Below the pieces are notes generated by a model. It saw only the letters and a program-made list of their open reading frames with translations. It did no database searches and was not told where the DNA came from. Position numbers and translations under genes: made by a program. A DNA stretch of 53,604 bases from a virus (lineage: Duplodnaviria > Caudoviricetes), in IMG/VR virus record IMGVR_UViG_3300031602_000004, positions 1 through 53,604 of that record. The stretch is one strand, 5' to 3'. This document shows positions 1-10,529 of this stretch, piece after piece. The number at the start of each line of letters is the position of its first letter. Position 1 is the stretch's first letter.

Positions 1-3000
1 ATATTAGGTAATACAATACTTTCACCTTGTGGGTTTGTTAACCTATATCTTGCATTAGGTAAATATCCAAATACACCATTAGGTGAATCAGATATAGGTA
101 ATTTTGCCTTTACTAATGCAGCATTAATCTTATTTGTTAATTCTATATTAGAGGCTGGTATCTTTACACCTATATTATATTTAGATACTAACTCTTCTAT
201 ATATGGATTAGCTTCACCATACACTGTACCATCACGGCCTTTAATTTGATAATTACCTTTGCTTTCCCCACTATTAGTATCTTCTACTATAACCAATTCT
301 AAACCTGCTAACTCTTGAGGAGTTAACACACTCATTATTAGTTCAAGTCTAGCAACTGCAGCTAATCTACCTTCTCTTCCTACATGAGGATAAAAAGATA
401 TTAGTTCACTAATTTGTATTCTATTAACTGATTTAGGAAGCATTGTAAAAGAAATATCTTGTAAAGTATAACTTCCATCAAACTGTCCAACTTGTAATAA
501 TTTTATATCTGAATCTTCTCTATTCTTATGATTTTTACTTGCTTCAATTATCTTTAAATATCCTCCTTGTATTTGTTTAGGAGTACTTAATATAATATAT
601 TTTGTACCATCTTTTTTATCATAGATAATCATTCCCTGGTTCAGTCCTTCTACTCCATCAAATGTAAACTTACCTGTACTAGGTGCTGATGCTTCAATTA
701 TTTTTAAGTCTGCTTTAGCTTCAGCAGCACTTAAATATGATCCATACTTAGAATTAGTTAAAGCTCTCATCTCTTTGGAGAGATCATTCCCTTCTTTATC
801 TACCAACTTATAGAACTTTGTAGGTTCACCAGATGTAGGATCTAAAGTTGTTATCTCAACTATATTACCAAGAGTACCAATATAATATATTTCTTTGGTT
901 GTTTCTCCCTTAGCATTTTTATTAATTACATCTCCTTCTGTAAATTCAGGACTTGCTATCTCAAAAATATCACTATACTTTAAACTAGATATATCTAATA
1001 TTTTATTAATATTAGGATCTTCAATTGCAACCCTTGTTTTAGACCATTCAATAAAACCTTTTTCAGATTTTATATCAGCTTTAGATACAGGAGAAATGTA
1101 GGATAGTTTACCATCTGCTCCTATAGTAGATTCACCAGATGCCCATATTCTCTTAATAGCATTAAAAGAATTTTGTATATTTATACCTTGCTGACTATCT
1201 CTCCATTCATTAAAAGTCATAACATCTTGTCCAGCTAATGCTGCTGGAGATGAGTATAAATCATATTGCTTTTGTAGTAATTGATTAAGTAGAGGTGTAT
1301 TATTAGTATCTTCTAATACAATAGTTATACCAGCATCATTTAATATTGCATCTACATCTGAAAAGTTTTCTGCAATAACTTGATCTTCTACTTGTTCTTC
1401 TGTTTTTTCTTCAGTAGTATCTTTATTATTTATACCAACATATACATTTATTTTTCCTTGAATTAAATCATACTTTGTTTGATTGATGATTATATTTTCA
1501 CCATTTTCATTTATTTGATTTATTGGCCCATTATCATCATAAAAAGATCTTAATACAGATGCATCATTTGTTTGTAAAAATATTTTAGTTTGTTCTGGGT
1601 CTACAAATACATTTATACTAGCTAACTCATTCATTAATTGATTAGCCTCTACAATATCAACATACTTCTTTAATGTTTCTTCAAAGTTAGTTTTAATATT
1701 TTTATAGTATTGTTTAGCTACTATTAACTGTCTATCAGCTATTTCATCTAATCTACCTGGATTTTGTAAATATTCTATAGCTTTATCATATACTTTAGCT
1801 CTATCTTTTAAAGCAATATGATCAACTATATCTTTTAATGCTTCATCAATTTGATCATTATTAACAAATGATCCAGCTGAAGAAGCCATATACCTTACAT
1901 AATTTCTAAATTCAACTCTTAGTTTTTCTATTTTTCTTCTGTCAAAACTACCTTTTCTACCTCCCTCTAATGAAGTTGCATTTTTAGGATCTTCAAGTAT
2001 AGTTTTAATAGCTTGAAGTCTTTTTATTTTTTCTTGTTTTACTTTATTACTTTCTGCAATTCCTTTATCTGGAATCATCCCATCTTGGATAGTCATTGCT
2101 ATCTCAGCTCTAAGTAAATCAAGTTCTCTATTAATAGAATCCATACTTAATAAAACTGTTATATCACTAGCAGCCATCTTATCAAATAAAGGATCATTTG
2201 CTAATGTATTAAATATTCCATCAGCTCTTTCTAATGCTTGTTCAAAACCATCTTGAGTAAACATATATAAATATCTAGCATGTTCATATGCACTCTCTTT
2301 AAGTGCTTCATCTACATATTCTCTAGTGCCTTTGTTATATACACTTCTATCAAAAGGATTTGGAAATAAATCTTTAGATGCTTGATATTGAATTTCCATT
2401 TTATCTAATTGAGTCACCATATTACTAAGACGCTCTCTTAATTTTCCTGATTTAATATCTTTCTTATCTGCTGGGTAAGCTTCTGCTAGTTCCGCATCAG
2501 TAAGTTTTAACATGTCTGTTAATTGCTGTCTGTAAAAATGTGAAGATCCATTACTAAACACATGATACATTTGCTGAAATTTTCCAAAATCTTGGTAGTC
2601 AGTAAATCCAAATTGATCACCATTGTATGCACTTGTTTTCATTCCATCAGCAACTTGCTTCTGAATTAAAAAATTCATCTTAGTAGAATCAAACATAGAT
2701 TCAGGACTAATTATATGTGAATTCCATGCATTATTATGTGCACTAACTGATTGAGTAATAAACTCATCTCTCATGGTTTTATATTCTGACCAAGCTTCAT
2801 TTTGTCCTTTAGACCCTACACTGATGCCTGCTTCATTTAAACCATACTTATATATAGAAGGAACTCCTTGGAAAAATAATTTTTGTGGTCCTTGTATAAC
2901 ACCACCCATTAAAAAACCTGACATAAAAACACTAAATCCTTCACCACTTAGTTGTTCACCCATTCCTGAAGCAATCATAGCATTTTGTAAATCTATACCA

Positions 3001-4664
3001 CCTGCTAAGGGATCTTTTAATACTTCAGTAAAGTAGCCTATTGTAGCTGAAGACACTGCTTCTTGAGAAACCTCTTGAATACCTTCTGCAATATTTGCTG
3101 AAAAATATCTAGCTGCTCCTGCAGCTCCACGTCCTACTATACCTTTTGCACCTCCTGCTTTAATCATTTTTATAGTACCAGCTATTCCTGTACCAACATC
3201 TTCAAATACATCTTTAACTAATTTACCAGCACTATCTCTTGTAGCTTTAGTTTTTACAATTCTTTTTACACCTCTAGTAAAAGAGTCATTAAATACTCTA
3301 CCTAGTGATCTATTAAATCCACCTAGTGCATTACCAAATACAAACCAGTTACTAGCATATATAATAGGAGCATTAGCCATTGTAGTATAAAAAGCTCCTT
3401 TTGATGCTTTACTACTTATGTTCTGCATTTCTTCTGGTGTAACACCACGCCCTGATTTATTTTGTGCTATATGTATTCCTTCTGCAATTATTCTATTATA
3501 TACCATACCACCCTCTAACTTGCTTTCTGCAAGTGCAAGATTGACAGCTCTAGCATCTCTATAAAATCCACCAAATGTAGCACTCATCTTAGCTAAATTT
3601 ATTGCATTTTGTGTAGCATTTTTTGTAGTCTTAAGATTCTTTAATGCATACATTGTGTTAGGAGTAAACATCTGACCTAGTACTTTACCTCCTGTAGATG
3701 CTGCTGACCAAAAGTCTTTTGCTGCATCTGTTGCTCTTAATGTATTCATAATATCTCTAGCACCTGAAGCAAACCTACTTACATCAAAAAAGTTTTTAAA
3801 TGCATTTCCAGCTCTATATACATTTCTTGCTGTTCCTGCTGCAAAAGTACCAACCCCAGCTGGAGCACCTACACCTGTAGCTGTTGCTGCAGCACTTCCA
3901 ATTGCTAATGCTAATTCTTCAACAGCAATAGAACCTAAAATACCAACCGTATATGCACTGTTTAATAAAAAATTATTAGTCCATGCCATACCTCCACTTC
4001 TACTAGAGTTACCTATAGCCATTGCATTTTCAAATTCTGACGCTGTTTCTAAATCTGGAGATGAGAAATATGAATCACCATCTAAAGCATCTCCCATTGA
4101 TCTATATACACTACTAAAACCTGAACCAGCAAGACTCCAGAATTGACCACGCATTCTAGCCATGTCATCATATATAGTTGAATTAGTATTGTAGAATTCT
4201 TCATTGTTGGAATAAGGAGAAAATCCAAGTTCAGCAAAATCTGGATGTTTATAGTATCTCATAAATTGTGTAGCTTTCATGCTTGCATATCTAGGAGCAA
4301 TTCTATCATTAGCAGGACCTTTAGAATAATTAGTATCTAATACTTCTTGTATCTGAGAGAAAGTATTGCTTGAAGGATTTTGTTGAGCAACAGGATTATA
4401 AGTATCAGTTGCTATAGAAGGAATTGGTGAACCCAAACTTGCCATAGCATTAATACCATATTTGTCTATATCAGTTTTATATTGATCTATGTTAGATAAA
4501 TAACCAGGATCAACAGCAATTACATCAGCAATTTGAGTCATGGGATTATCAAACATTTCTTCTACAGGTGTAAAAGTAAATTGACCAGGTGGTATTATAC
4601 TTGTAGTAGGTCTTTGAGAATTAGCAATTGTAGTACCTAATGTTTTTTCAGACTGATCTTCCAT
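1..4664 (-). CDS. Very large putative ejected (cargo) virion protein, truncated at the window edge (>1550 aa)
   Basis: Missing from the ORF track because it has no stop in the window. ATG at 4664 (MEDQSEKTLGTTIANS...). Manual translation of the first ~600 codons and of the window-end portion (...PNARYRLTNPQGESIVLPN) is open in the same frame. Contains Gly/Ala-rich hydrophobic segments and an 'AEGIQEVSQEAV' motif. Position after muzzle/cargo genes fits the crAss-like giant virion protein cluster. Confidence 0.8.
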   Translation of the reverse strand, partial: MEDQSEKTLGTTIANSQRPTTSIIPPGQFTFTPVEEMFDNPMTQIADVIAVDPGYLSNIDQYKTDIDKYGINAMASLGSPIPSIATDTYNPVAQQNPSSNTFSQIQEVLDTNYSKGPANDRIAPRYASMKATQFMRYYKHPDFAELGFSPYSNNEEFYNTNSTIYDDMARMRGQFWSLAGSGFSSVYRSMGDALDGDSYFSSPDLETASEFENAMAIGNSSRSGGMAWTNNFLLNSAYTVGILGSIAVEELALAIGSAAATATGVGAPAGVGTFAAGTARNVYRAGNAFKNFFDVSRFASGARDIMNTLRATDAAKDFWSAASTGGKVLGQMFTPNTMYALKNLKTTKNATQNAINLAKMSATFGGFYRDARAVNLALAESKLEGGMVYNRIIAEGIHIAQNKSGRGVTPEEMQNISSKASKGAFYTTMANAPIIYASNWFVFGNALGGFNRSLGRVFNDSFTRGVKRIVKTKATRDSAGKLVKDVFEDVGTGIAGTIKMIKAGGAKGIVGRGAAGAARYFSANIAEGIQEVSQEAVSSATIGYFTEVLKDPLAGGIDLQNAMIASGMGEQLSGEGFSVFMSGFLMGGVIQGPQKLFFQGVPSIYKYGLNEAGISVGSKGQNEAWSEYKTMRDEFITQSVSAHNNAWNSHIISPESMFDSTKMNFLIQKQVADGMKTSAYNGDQFGFTDYQDFGKFQQMYHVFSNGSSHFYRQQLTDMLKLTDAELAEAYPADKKDIKSGKLRERLSNMVTQLDKMEIQYQASKDLFPNPFDRSVYNKGTREYVDEALKESAYEHARYLYMFTQDGFEQALERADGIFNTLANDPLFDKMAASDITVLLSMDSINRELDLLRAEIAMTIQDGMIPDKGIAESNKVKQEKIKRLQAIKTILEDPKNATSLEGGRKGSFDRRKIEKLRVEFRNYVRYMASSAGSFVNNDQIDEALKDIVDHIALKDRAKVYDKAIEYLQNPGRLDEIADRQLIVAKQYYKNIKTNFEETLKKYVDIVEANQLMNELASINVFVDPEQTKIFLQTNDASVLRSFYDDNGPINQINENGENIIINQTKYDLIQGKINVYVGINNKDTTEEKTEEQVEDQVIAENFSDVDAILNDAGITIVLEDTNNTPLLNQLLQKQYDLYSSPAALAGQDVMTFNEWRDSQQGINIQNSFNAIKRIWASGESTIGADGKLSYISPVSKADIKSEKGFIEWSKTRVAIEDPNINKILDISSLKYSDIFEIASPEFTEGDVINKNAKGETTKEIYYIGTLGNIVEITTLDPTSGEPTKFYKLVDKEGNDLSKEMRALTNSKYGSYLSAAEAKADLKIIEASAPSTGKFTFDGVEGLNQGMIIYDKKDGTKYIILSTPKQIQGGYLKIIEASKNHKNREDSDIKLLQVGQFDGSYTLQDISFTMLPKSVNRIQISELISFYPHVGREGRLAAVARLELIMSVLTPQELAGLELVIVEDTNSGESKGNYQIKGRDGTVYGEANPYIEELVSKYNIGVKIPASNIELTNKINAALVKAKLPISDSPNGVFGYLPNARYRLTNPQGESIVLPN

Positions 4665-4672
4665 TCTATTTA

Positions 4673-7600
4673 TTATTTTTGTCCGTTTATTGCTCTATCT
4701 TTTGCTTCAGCATCTATATTCATTTGTCTATGTTGCTCAAAGTATGTTTGTAAACCCTCCACTGCTTCATCAAGATTTTTTAAGTTGCCTCTTAATACTT
4801 CAGGTTTTAATTGATGGGATACTTTTTCTGTACTATATGTACCTCCAGTTTTATCTTTTGCATCATATGGTACATATGTTTTAAGATCATAATGTATCCA
4901 GTAATCATTTATACCATTTTTAATAACTCTATACTCTGCTGTAGAATTTATACCATCAGGGACAGTAAAGTCTGCATAATTTGAATTGCTTCCTGATAAT
5001 ATAGCTGTTTCTACTTGAGAGTAATATGTATTGTTTTTACTTTTAACATTATTATCATATCTTTGATCAAATATAAATGATATACCAGGTGAACCTTTTA
5101 TTCCATTTTCTTCACCATTTCCTGATTCTCCAGATAATTTAAGGATTTCCTCTTTTGTAAAGGCTCCAAATTCAGATGAAGTTTTAGTATTTGAACCTTG
5201 TTGTTTTGATGCCAACCATTCTGGACTGAATTTAATTTGATATCCAGCAGTTGTTTTTTCTCCATCAGATGCCTTACCATAAACACTATTATAAACTAAA
5301 TCAGCAATAGGGGCTATAGCATCTGAGTTAGATCTTTTAGGATTACCATACCATGTAGCTAAATCTTCTTTATATAAATTCCATGCTTTTACAGCTACTG
5401 GATCTTTAACCATTAAACTTTCTGCATCAACATTATTTATATCACCCTGCACTATTCCATAAATAACACCGTCTAATTCAAATCTATTTATTTGATCAAT
5501 AAAATTACTTAATTCTTTTTGTCCTTCAAGAGTTCCTTGGTTTGTAACAAGAGGATTTATAGTATATGATATAGAAGGGTTGGCACTATAGTCTGCTGCA
5601 CCTTCAGAATTACCACCTAGTGTAGCATATAAATTTCCTGTAGATACTTCACCGCTTAGTAACATTGTATTAAGACCTGCATATAATGTGTTATGCATTT
5701 CTTCTGCATCATTCTTTACAGCTGACATATCAATCATCATTGCTCTTGAACCATCTGTATTATATTTTGGTTCTTGTCTAGTCACTACTCTTTTATAAGT
5801 AGGGTCATATCCTTTCACCTCATTATAAGCAGGGATCATATAATTTTTACTATCTGATCCTGAATCCCAACCCTTAAGATCTGGATTAGTAATTTCTCCT
5901 TTTCTAATAAGATCTGTAACTTTTTCAAGATACTTATCTTTAGGAATTACATTACCAAGATTATCTAGAATGCTTGGAAATCCTGATGCTACTAAATCTC
6001 TAACATTTGTATTTTCTAAATCATCTCCAGGTCTAGTTAATTGAGCTTCAACTAATTTATATGCTTCTAATTGATTTTGTTTTGAAGTTTCTATTGCTTG
6101 ATTAAATCCTGCTTCTTGAATTTGAGTCCCACCTAGTCCAAATATCTTTTTATATAATGCATCATATTGATTACGTCTATCTGTACCAATTGTCATTTCA
6201 GGATTTTGTAGTGTTAATTCTCTTGTATCTTTAAATATTTCAGAAGTTGAACTAAATAATTCTTGTATTGTATTTTTATTAGGATAGATCATTAATTCTT
6301 CTGTTTCACCTTCTTCAGTTTGTGATAACACTTTTCTTATTTCAGCAATTGTACCTCTATAATCTTCTCCATTGGATAATTTAATCCCATATGTTTGGTT
6401 TTCTTCAACATTATCTCCTAAAGGATTTAATATCTGCATCATATTTAATAAATCACCTAATTGATTATTCATTAGTTTGTTACCTTCTGTAACAATATCT
6501 TCATCAAGTTTAATTATTAGATCTGCATTTTCATCTGGCTCAAGAGTTTCTGGATCAACTTCATAATCAAATCCAGTAGCAGCATTGAAAGTTATAACAG
6601 GTTTAGTTAATTTATTAGCTAGATCATCTTGATTAGGCATTACTATTTCACCTTTTAGTTTTGCTAAGTTTACTGCATTATCAGCCTTTGCTTTAATTTC
6701 AGCCATATTATACAAAAACTTTTGATTTAATAACTCATAATTATTATCTCTTAGTAGATAACTTTGATCTTGAGAAGCAAATGCTGTTGCAGCTTTATGC
6801 ATATCAGAACCTAAATTATAACTTAAAATCATATTATAGGCTTTATTTAATGTCCCAGGTAATGTTTTGGTAGGTATTTCTCCTACCCTTTTTACTTCCA
6901 TCTTAGCATCTAATGCTGCTTTTGTAGCTTCAGCAGCAGACATTTGTTCTTGCATTGCTATATCTAAATCTGAACCTGGTATAATACCATTTTTTGCTTT
7001 GTAATTTTCCCAAGTAACATTAGCTGCTTCAGCTTTACTAGCTTCTATAACATTTTTACCAATTGCTTCTGCGTTAAGTGTATTTATTCTGTTTATAGTT
7101 TCATTAGCCCATGCTTCTTGACCTTGTTCAACATTTGAATATCGTCCATTTTGAATTCCTTGTGCAGCAAAATTTCTTCCTGATACAAAAGCATCATCAT
7201 GATAAGCAGCAATAACACGGGGATCTTTTAGTAATGTTTGTTCTAATACATTTAATGCAGCACCTGTTATTAATGCTCCATTTTTTTGTCTAATCAAAAA
7301 TTTACCATCTGCTGTTGTTCCCATATCCATCTCCATTGATAATGGAGGATCCATGGAACCTAAGATTTCTTGAGATAAATTAAATAAATTCACACCATCT
7401 ACATAATTAGGAGCAGCCATACCTAATGCTTTTTCAGGTGTAGCATTTATAAAATCATCCATCTTATATTGTAAACTCTTTACACCATTAGCAGAATATC
7501 TATCTGCTCCTTCTTCAGTACCTGACTCTAATAATCTATTAGCATAGCTGCTTTCCTTTCTATATTGTGCTGTTTGAACTATATCTCTAACAATTAAATC

Positions 7601-7906
7601 ATCTTCATAGAACGGGGCAAACACATTTTGTGCAGCATCAGCATTTTGTTGTAATGATAAATCCATTCCAGAAATTTTTTCAATAGATGGGCCTAGATTT
7701 TCTGCAAACTGATCTCTCTTTTCTCTAGTGTCTACTCTAGATAAATCAGAATATACAACCTTATTGTATATGTCATTTGTTGCTTTAAAATTGGAGTCAT
7801 ACTTATCTTTTCTAGTCTCTAAAACTGCAGACAAAAATTTATAATCCGGTGTGAATGGTTTAATGTCTGGTAAATATGTATCTGCTCCTTTAATGTATGT
7901 TGCCAT
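4673..7906 (-). CDS. Putative internal virion/cargo protein (1077 aa)
   Basis: Long ORF, acidic, helical-looking, no Cys; lies between cargo-like genes. Confidence 0.6.
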   Translation of the reverse strand: MATYIKGADTYLPDIKPFTPDYKFLSAVLETRKDKYDSNFKATNDIYNKVVYSDLSRVDTREKRDQFAENLGPSIEKISGMDLSLQQNADAAQNVFAPFYEDDLIVRDIVQTAQYRKESSYANRLLESGTEEGADRYSANGVKSLQYKMDDFINATPEKALGMAAPNYVDGVNLFNLSQEILGSMDPPLSMEMDMGTTADGKFLIRQKNGALITGAALNVLEQTLLKDPRVIAAYHDDAFVSGRNFAAQGIQNGRYSNVEQGQEAWANETINRINTLNAEAIGKNVIEASKAEAANVTWENYKAKNGIIPGSDLDIAMQEQMSAAEATKAALDAKMEVKRVGEIPTKTLPGTLNKAYNMILSYNLGSDMHKAATAFASQDQSYLLRDNNYELLNQKFLYNMAEIKAKADNAVNLAKLKGEIVMPNQDDLANKLTKPVITFNAATGFDYEVDPETLEPDENADLIIKLDEDIVTEGNKLMNNQLGDLLNMMQILNPLGDNVEENQTYGIKLSNGEDYRGTIAEIRKVLSQTEEGETEELMIYPNKNTIQELFSSTSEIFKDTRELTLQNPEMTIGTDRRNQYDALYKKIFGLGGTQIQEAGFNQAIETSKQNQLEAYKLVEAQLTRPGDDLENTNVRDLVASGFPSILDNLGNVIPKDKYLEKVTDLIRKGEITNPDLKGWDSGSDSKNYMIPAYNEVKGYDPTYKRVVTRQEPKYNTDGSRAMMIDMSAVKNDAEEMHNTLYAGLNTMLLSGEVSTGNLYATLGGNSEGAADYSANPSISYTINPLVTNQGTLEGQKELSNFIDQINRFELDGVIYGIVQGDINNVDAESLMVKDPVAVKAWNLYKEDLATWYGNPKRSNSDAIAPIADLVYNSVYGKASDGEKTTAGYQIKFSPEWLASKQQGSNTKTSSEFGAFTKEEILKLSGESGNGEENGIKGSPGISFIFDQRYDNNVKSKNNTYYSQVETAILSGSNSNYADFTVPDGINSTAEYRVIKNGINDYWIHYDLKTYVPYDAKDKTGGTYSTEKVSHQLKPEVLRGNLKNLDEAVEGLQTYFEQHRQMNIDAEAKDRAINGQK

Positions 7907-7910
7907 AATT

Positions 7911-7918
7911 CAAAATTA
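7911..7918 (-). promoter_or_regulatory. Candidate Bacteroidota primary-sigma -7 element (TAATTTTG)
   Basis: Matches TAnnTTTG; intergenic, immediately upstream of the ATG at 7906. Confidence 0.35.
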
Positions 7919-7965
7919 GTATAATTTTATAAGTTTACAAAATATTTTGGGTAAACTCTTTAAGT

Positions 7966-10527
7966 TTAAGCACCCATCTTACCACTGTAAAATGGCATTG
8001 CCCACTTTCTTGTTTCTATTCCGTTCTTCCCTTCTACCTTATCTGTAATATTTGTATTACTAGTATATCCTTGAGTTGGGTTATTTATTAATGATTGCTG
8101 ACCACTTGTTGTAGTTGGCTTCATTTTATTCTGCAACTGATATATCTCCCATGCTGTTTCAGGACTTAAATCTTTTTTACTTAAATTGTTCTTATTTAGA
8201 TCAGCATAAAATTCATTAAAGTCCATTGCATTTCCACGTGGGTCTTCATAAAGTTCATTTCCTTTACCTGTAAAATCTATTAACCCATATCCTTCTGGAT
8301 TAATTTTATATAAATCATTTGTAGAATTTAAGTTAGCTGTATTAGCTAAGTTTGTAGCTCCTGCATTAAACAGCTCATTATTTTTTCCAATTTTCCAATT
8401 AGCAAAATTATCTGCATTTTGCAATACTACATTTGTATCATCATAAAGTTTAGTGTTAGTAGCATTATTCATCATATCTACTTTCATATCAAGTTGTGGT
8501 TGTAATGTTGCAACTTGATTCATAGTCTTAACATTGTTTTGATTAACTTGATTTATTGCTTGAGCATTTGCTGCTAATGTTTTACCTTGTATATTACTAC
8601 GTGCAATAGCTTGTGGCCCATATGCTCCTAATGCTTGAGCCATAGTATTTTGTGAACCTAAATTTGCATTTACTCTACCAGTATAATCATCTAATACATA
8701 ATCAATCTTTTGATCTTCTAATTGAGGAGCCCAAGGCATATATAAATTATCATCAATAGCTCCTAATGCACTTAAATTATTTAAATCTTGTGACCACCAT
8801 TTTGCATCAGGTGTATCTGCAACCTTAATGTCATTTGGTATTAACTCAGGTTCTTCTGGAATTGGAAGATTCATAAAGTTTTCTTCTTGAGATGTAAAGT
8901 CTACATCTAACCTAGGTGTATTAAAAGTATGTAATCCTAATGCTCCATCAAAACCTTCTCCTCTTCTATAACCTTCATCACCTTCTTTTTTGAAATAAGG
9001 TACATAAGGTATACCTAAACTTGCAGCTTCATTTTTTCTTGTTTCTTCTGCAAGTATTTGAAATTCAGCCCATTGTGGATGATCTGGGCCAGCATCATAT
9101 GCAAAGCCATCTATATTTTCAACTACATCACCCCATCTATTCATAAAGTCAGCTTTAGATTCCTCGTTAGTAATGTCTGCTGAACCATATGCTGCACCCG
9201 TATTCTTTTGATTAAGAGGTCTATTACCTTCAGATAATATACCATATCTATATTCACCTATTGGTGCATTTTGAAGTACTTCACCTTGTCCTTCTATATC
9301 TTCATTATATATTGATACACCACCTTCTTGCTCTACATCTGTTCCTGATTTTCTTGTACGTGTATTTTCAGTATTAAATCTAGATTCATAAGGTTTGTAT
9401 GCTCTTATTTGTCCATCAACAATAGATAATTCATATCCATTGGCTTTATACTCTTCTAATTTATTATATTCATCAGAGCCTGCAGGATATGGATTTTTAA
9501 AATCACCCGGTTTTCTATCTTCTTTTACTTCATCTCCTTCTTCTGCTTTAGGTATATGTCCTCCAAATTTAGAATTACCAATTATAGAGTTATTTGCTTC
9601 AGCTAATTCTAATTGTTCAAAAGGATTTGAATTAGCTCCTTCACCTTGAGGTCCAGATTGAGATGGCATATCTGCATTTGACATCATGCTTCCATCAGGC
9701 ATTTGATGTGTACCTTGTGAGCTTTCTTGATTAGGTTGCTCTTGTTGAGCTTGAGCCATCATCTGTTGAAGCATTAACATTTGCTGTTGTTGTTGAGGAG
9801 GAAGAGCTTCAAAAGCATTTTTTTCAGCTTTCTTCACAGAGATTTCTTCCATCTTAGCTGTGAACTCTATTGGATCTTGTCCAATAGAAAGTAAATATGG
9901 ATGTGATGCCAATGGTACTCCATCAGAAAAATCCTTCTTAGCTTCTTGTACAAAAGCTAATTTAGATAAATCTTCCATGTTCTTTTTTAACATAAGTTCT
10001 GCACTTGTAGATGATATGTTATCTGCATATTGTGAATCTAACTCTCCATAAAATTCATTTAAACCAAATTTCTTAGATATCTTTGCAGGAGTTTTCTTTT
10101 CTCCTCCTACATCAAATTCTGCCATTTCATCTTTTGTGAATTTTAATTTAGGAGTATCTGAAAAGATAAAAGACTGTTCTGGTAAATACATTGGAACTCC
10201 ACCCTTAGAATGTCTAGGTCCTTTAATGTCATATAAACCAAAACTACCATCATCATTTAAATCTGTAAGTACTGTTTCTCCACCTTCTGCTTCTATATTA
10301 GCATTGTCTCTTGGAACACCAGATAAACTAAACCTAACACTTTCATCACGTGTATTATTAAAGTTAGTAGAACCATAGTAATTCTGTGGAGTTGTAACCA
10401 AACCATAATCAGCTTGATCACCTGTTGTATATGTATCACCACCATCTCTCATAAATTTTGTTTCAACAACCTTGCCGTCAACTAATTTAAATCCTTCTGG
10501 TAATTTATTTATTTTTATTTTTTTCAT
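7966..10527 (-). CDS. Putative cargo protein 1-like ejection protein (853 aa)
   Basis: N-terminal 'IEAEGGE...GPRHSKGGV...FIFSD' motif typical of crAss-like cargo proteins; Q/M-rich linker; Asn/Gln/Ala-rich coiled C-terminal half; no Cys. Confidence 0.6.
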   Translation of the reverse strand: MKKIKINKLPEGFKLVDGKVVETKFMRDGGDTYTTGDQADYGLVTTPQNYYGSTNFNNTRDESVRFSLSGVPRDNANIEAEGGETVLTDLNDDGSFGLYDIKGPRHSKGGVPMYLPEQSFIFSDTPKLKFTKDEMAEFDVGGEKKTPAKISKKFGLNEFYGELDSQYADNISSTSAELMLKKNMEDLSKLAFVQEAKKDFSDGVPLASHPYLLSIGQDPIEFTAKMEEISVKKAEKNAFEALPPQQQQQMLMLQQMMAQAQQEQPNQESSQGTHQMPDGSMMSNADMPSQSGPQGEGANSNPFEQLELAEANNSIIGNSKFGGHIPKAEEGDEVKEDRKPGDFKNPYPAGSDEYNKLEEYKANGYELSIVDGQIRAYKPYESRFNTENTRTRKSGTDVEQEGGVSIYNEDIEGQGEVLQNAPIGEYRYGILSEGNRPLNQKNTGAAYGSADITNEESKADFMNRWGDVVENIDGFAYDAGPDHPQWAEFQILAEETRKNEAASLGIPYVPYFKKEGDEGYRRGEGFDGALGLHTFNTPRLDVDFTSQEENFMNLPIPEEPELIPNDIKVADTPDAKWWSQDLNNLSALGAIDDNLYMPWAPQLEDQKIDYVLDDYTGRVNANLGSQNTMAQALGAYGPQAIARSNIQGKTLAANAQAINQVNQNNVKTMNQVATLQPQLDMKVDMMNNATNTKLYDDTNVVLQNADNFANWKIGKNNELFNAGATNLANTANLNSTNDLYKINPEGYGLIDFTGKGNELYEDPRGNAMDFNEFYADLNKNNLSKKDLSPETAWEIYQLQNKMKPTTTSGQQSLINNPTQGYTSNTNITDKVEGKNGIETRKWAMPFYSGKMGA

Positions 10528-10529
10528 GT

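Noticed and set aside
8915-9075. Possible peptidoglycan-binding motif (FQ...FDGALGLHT) in the 853-aa cargo protein
   Set aside because: Only the DGxxGxxT fragment matches and the spacing is atypical; too weak without a profile search.
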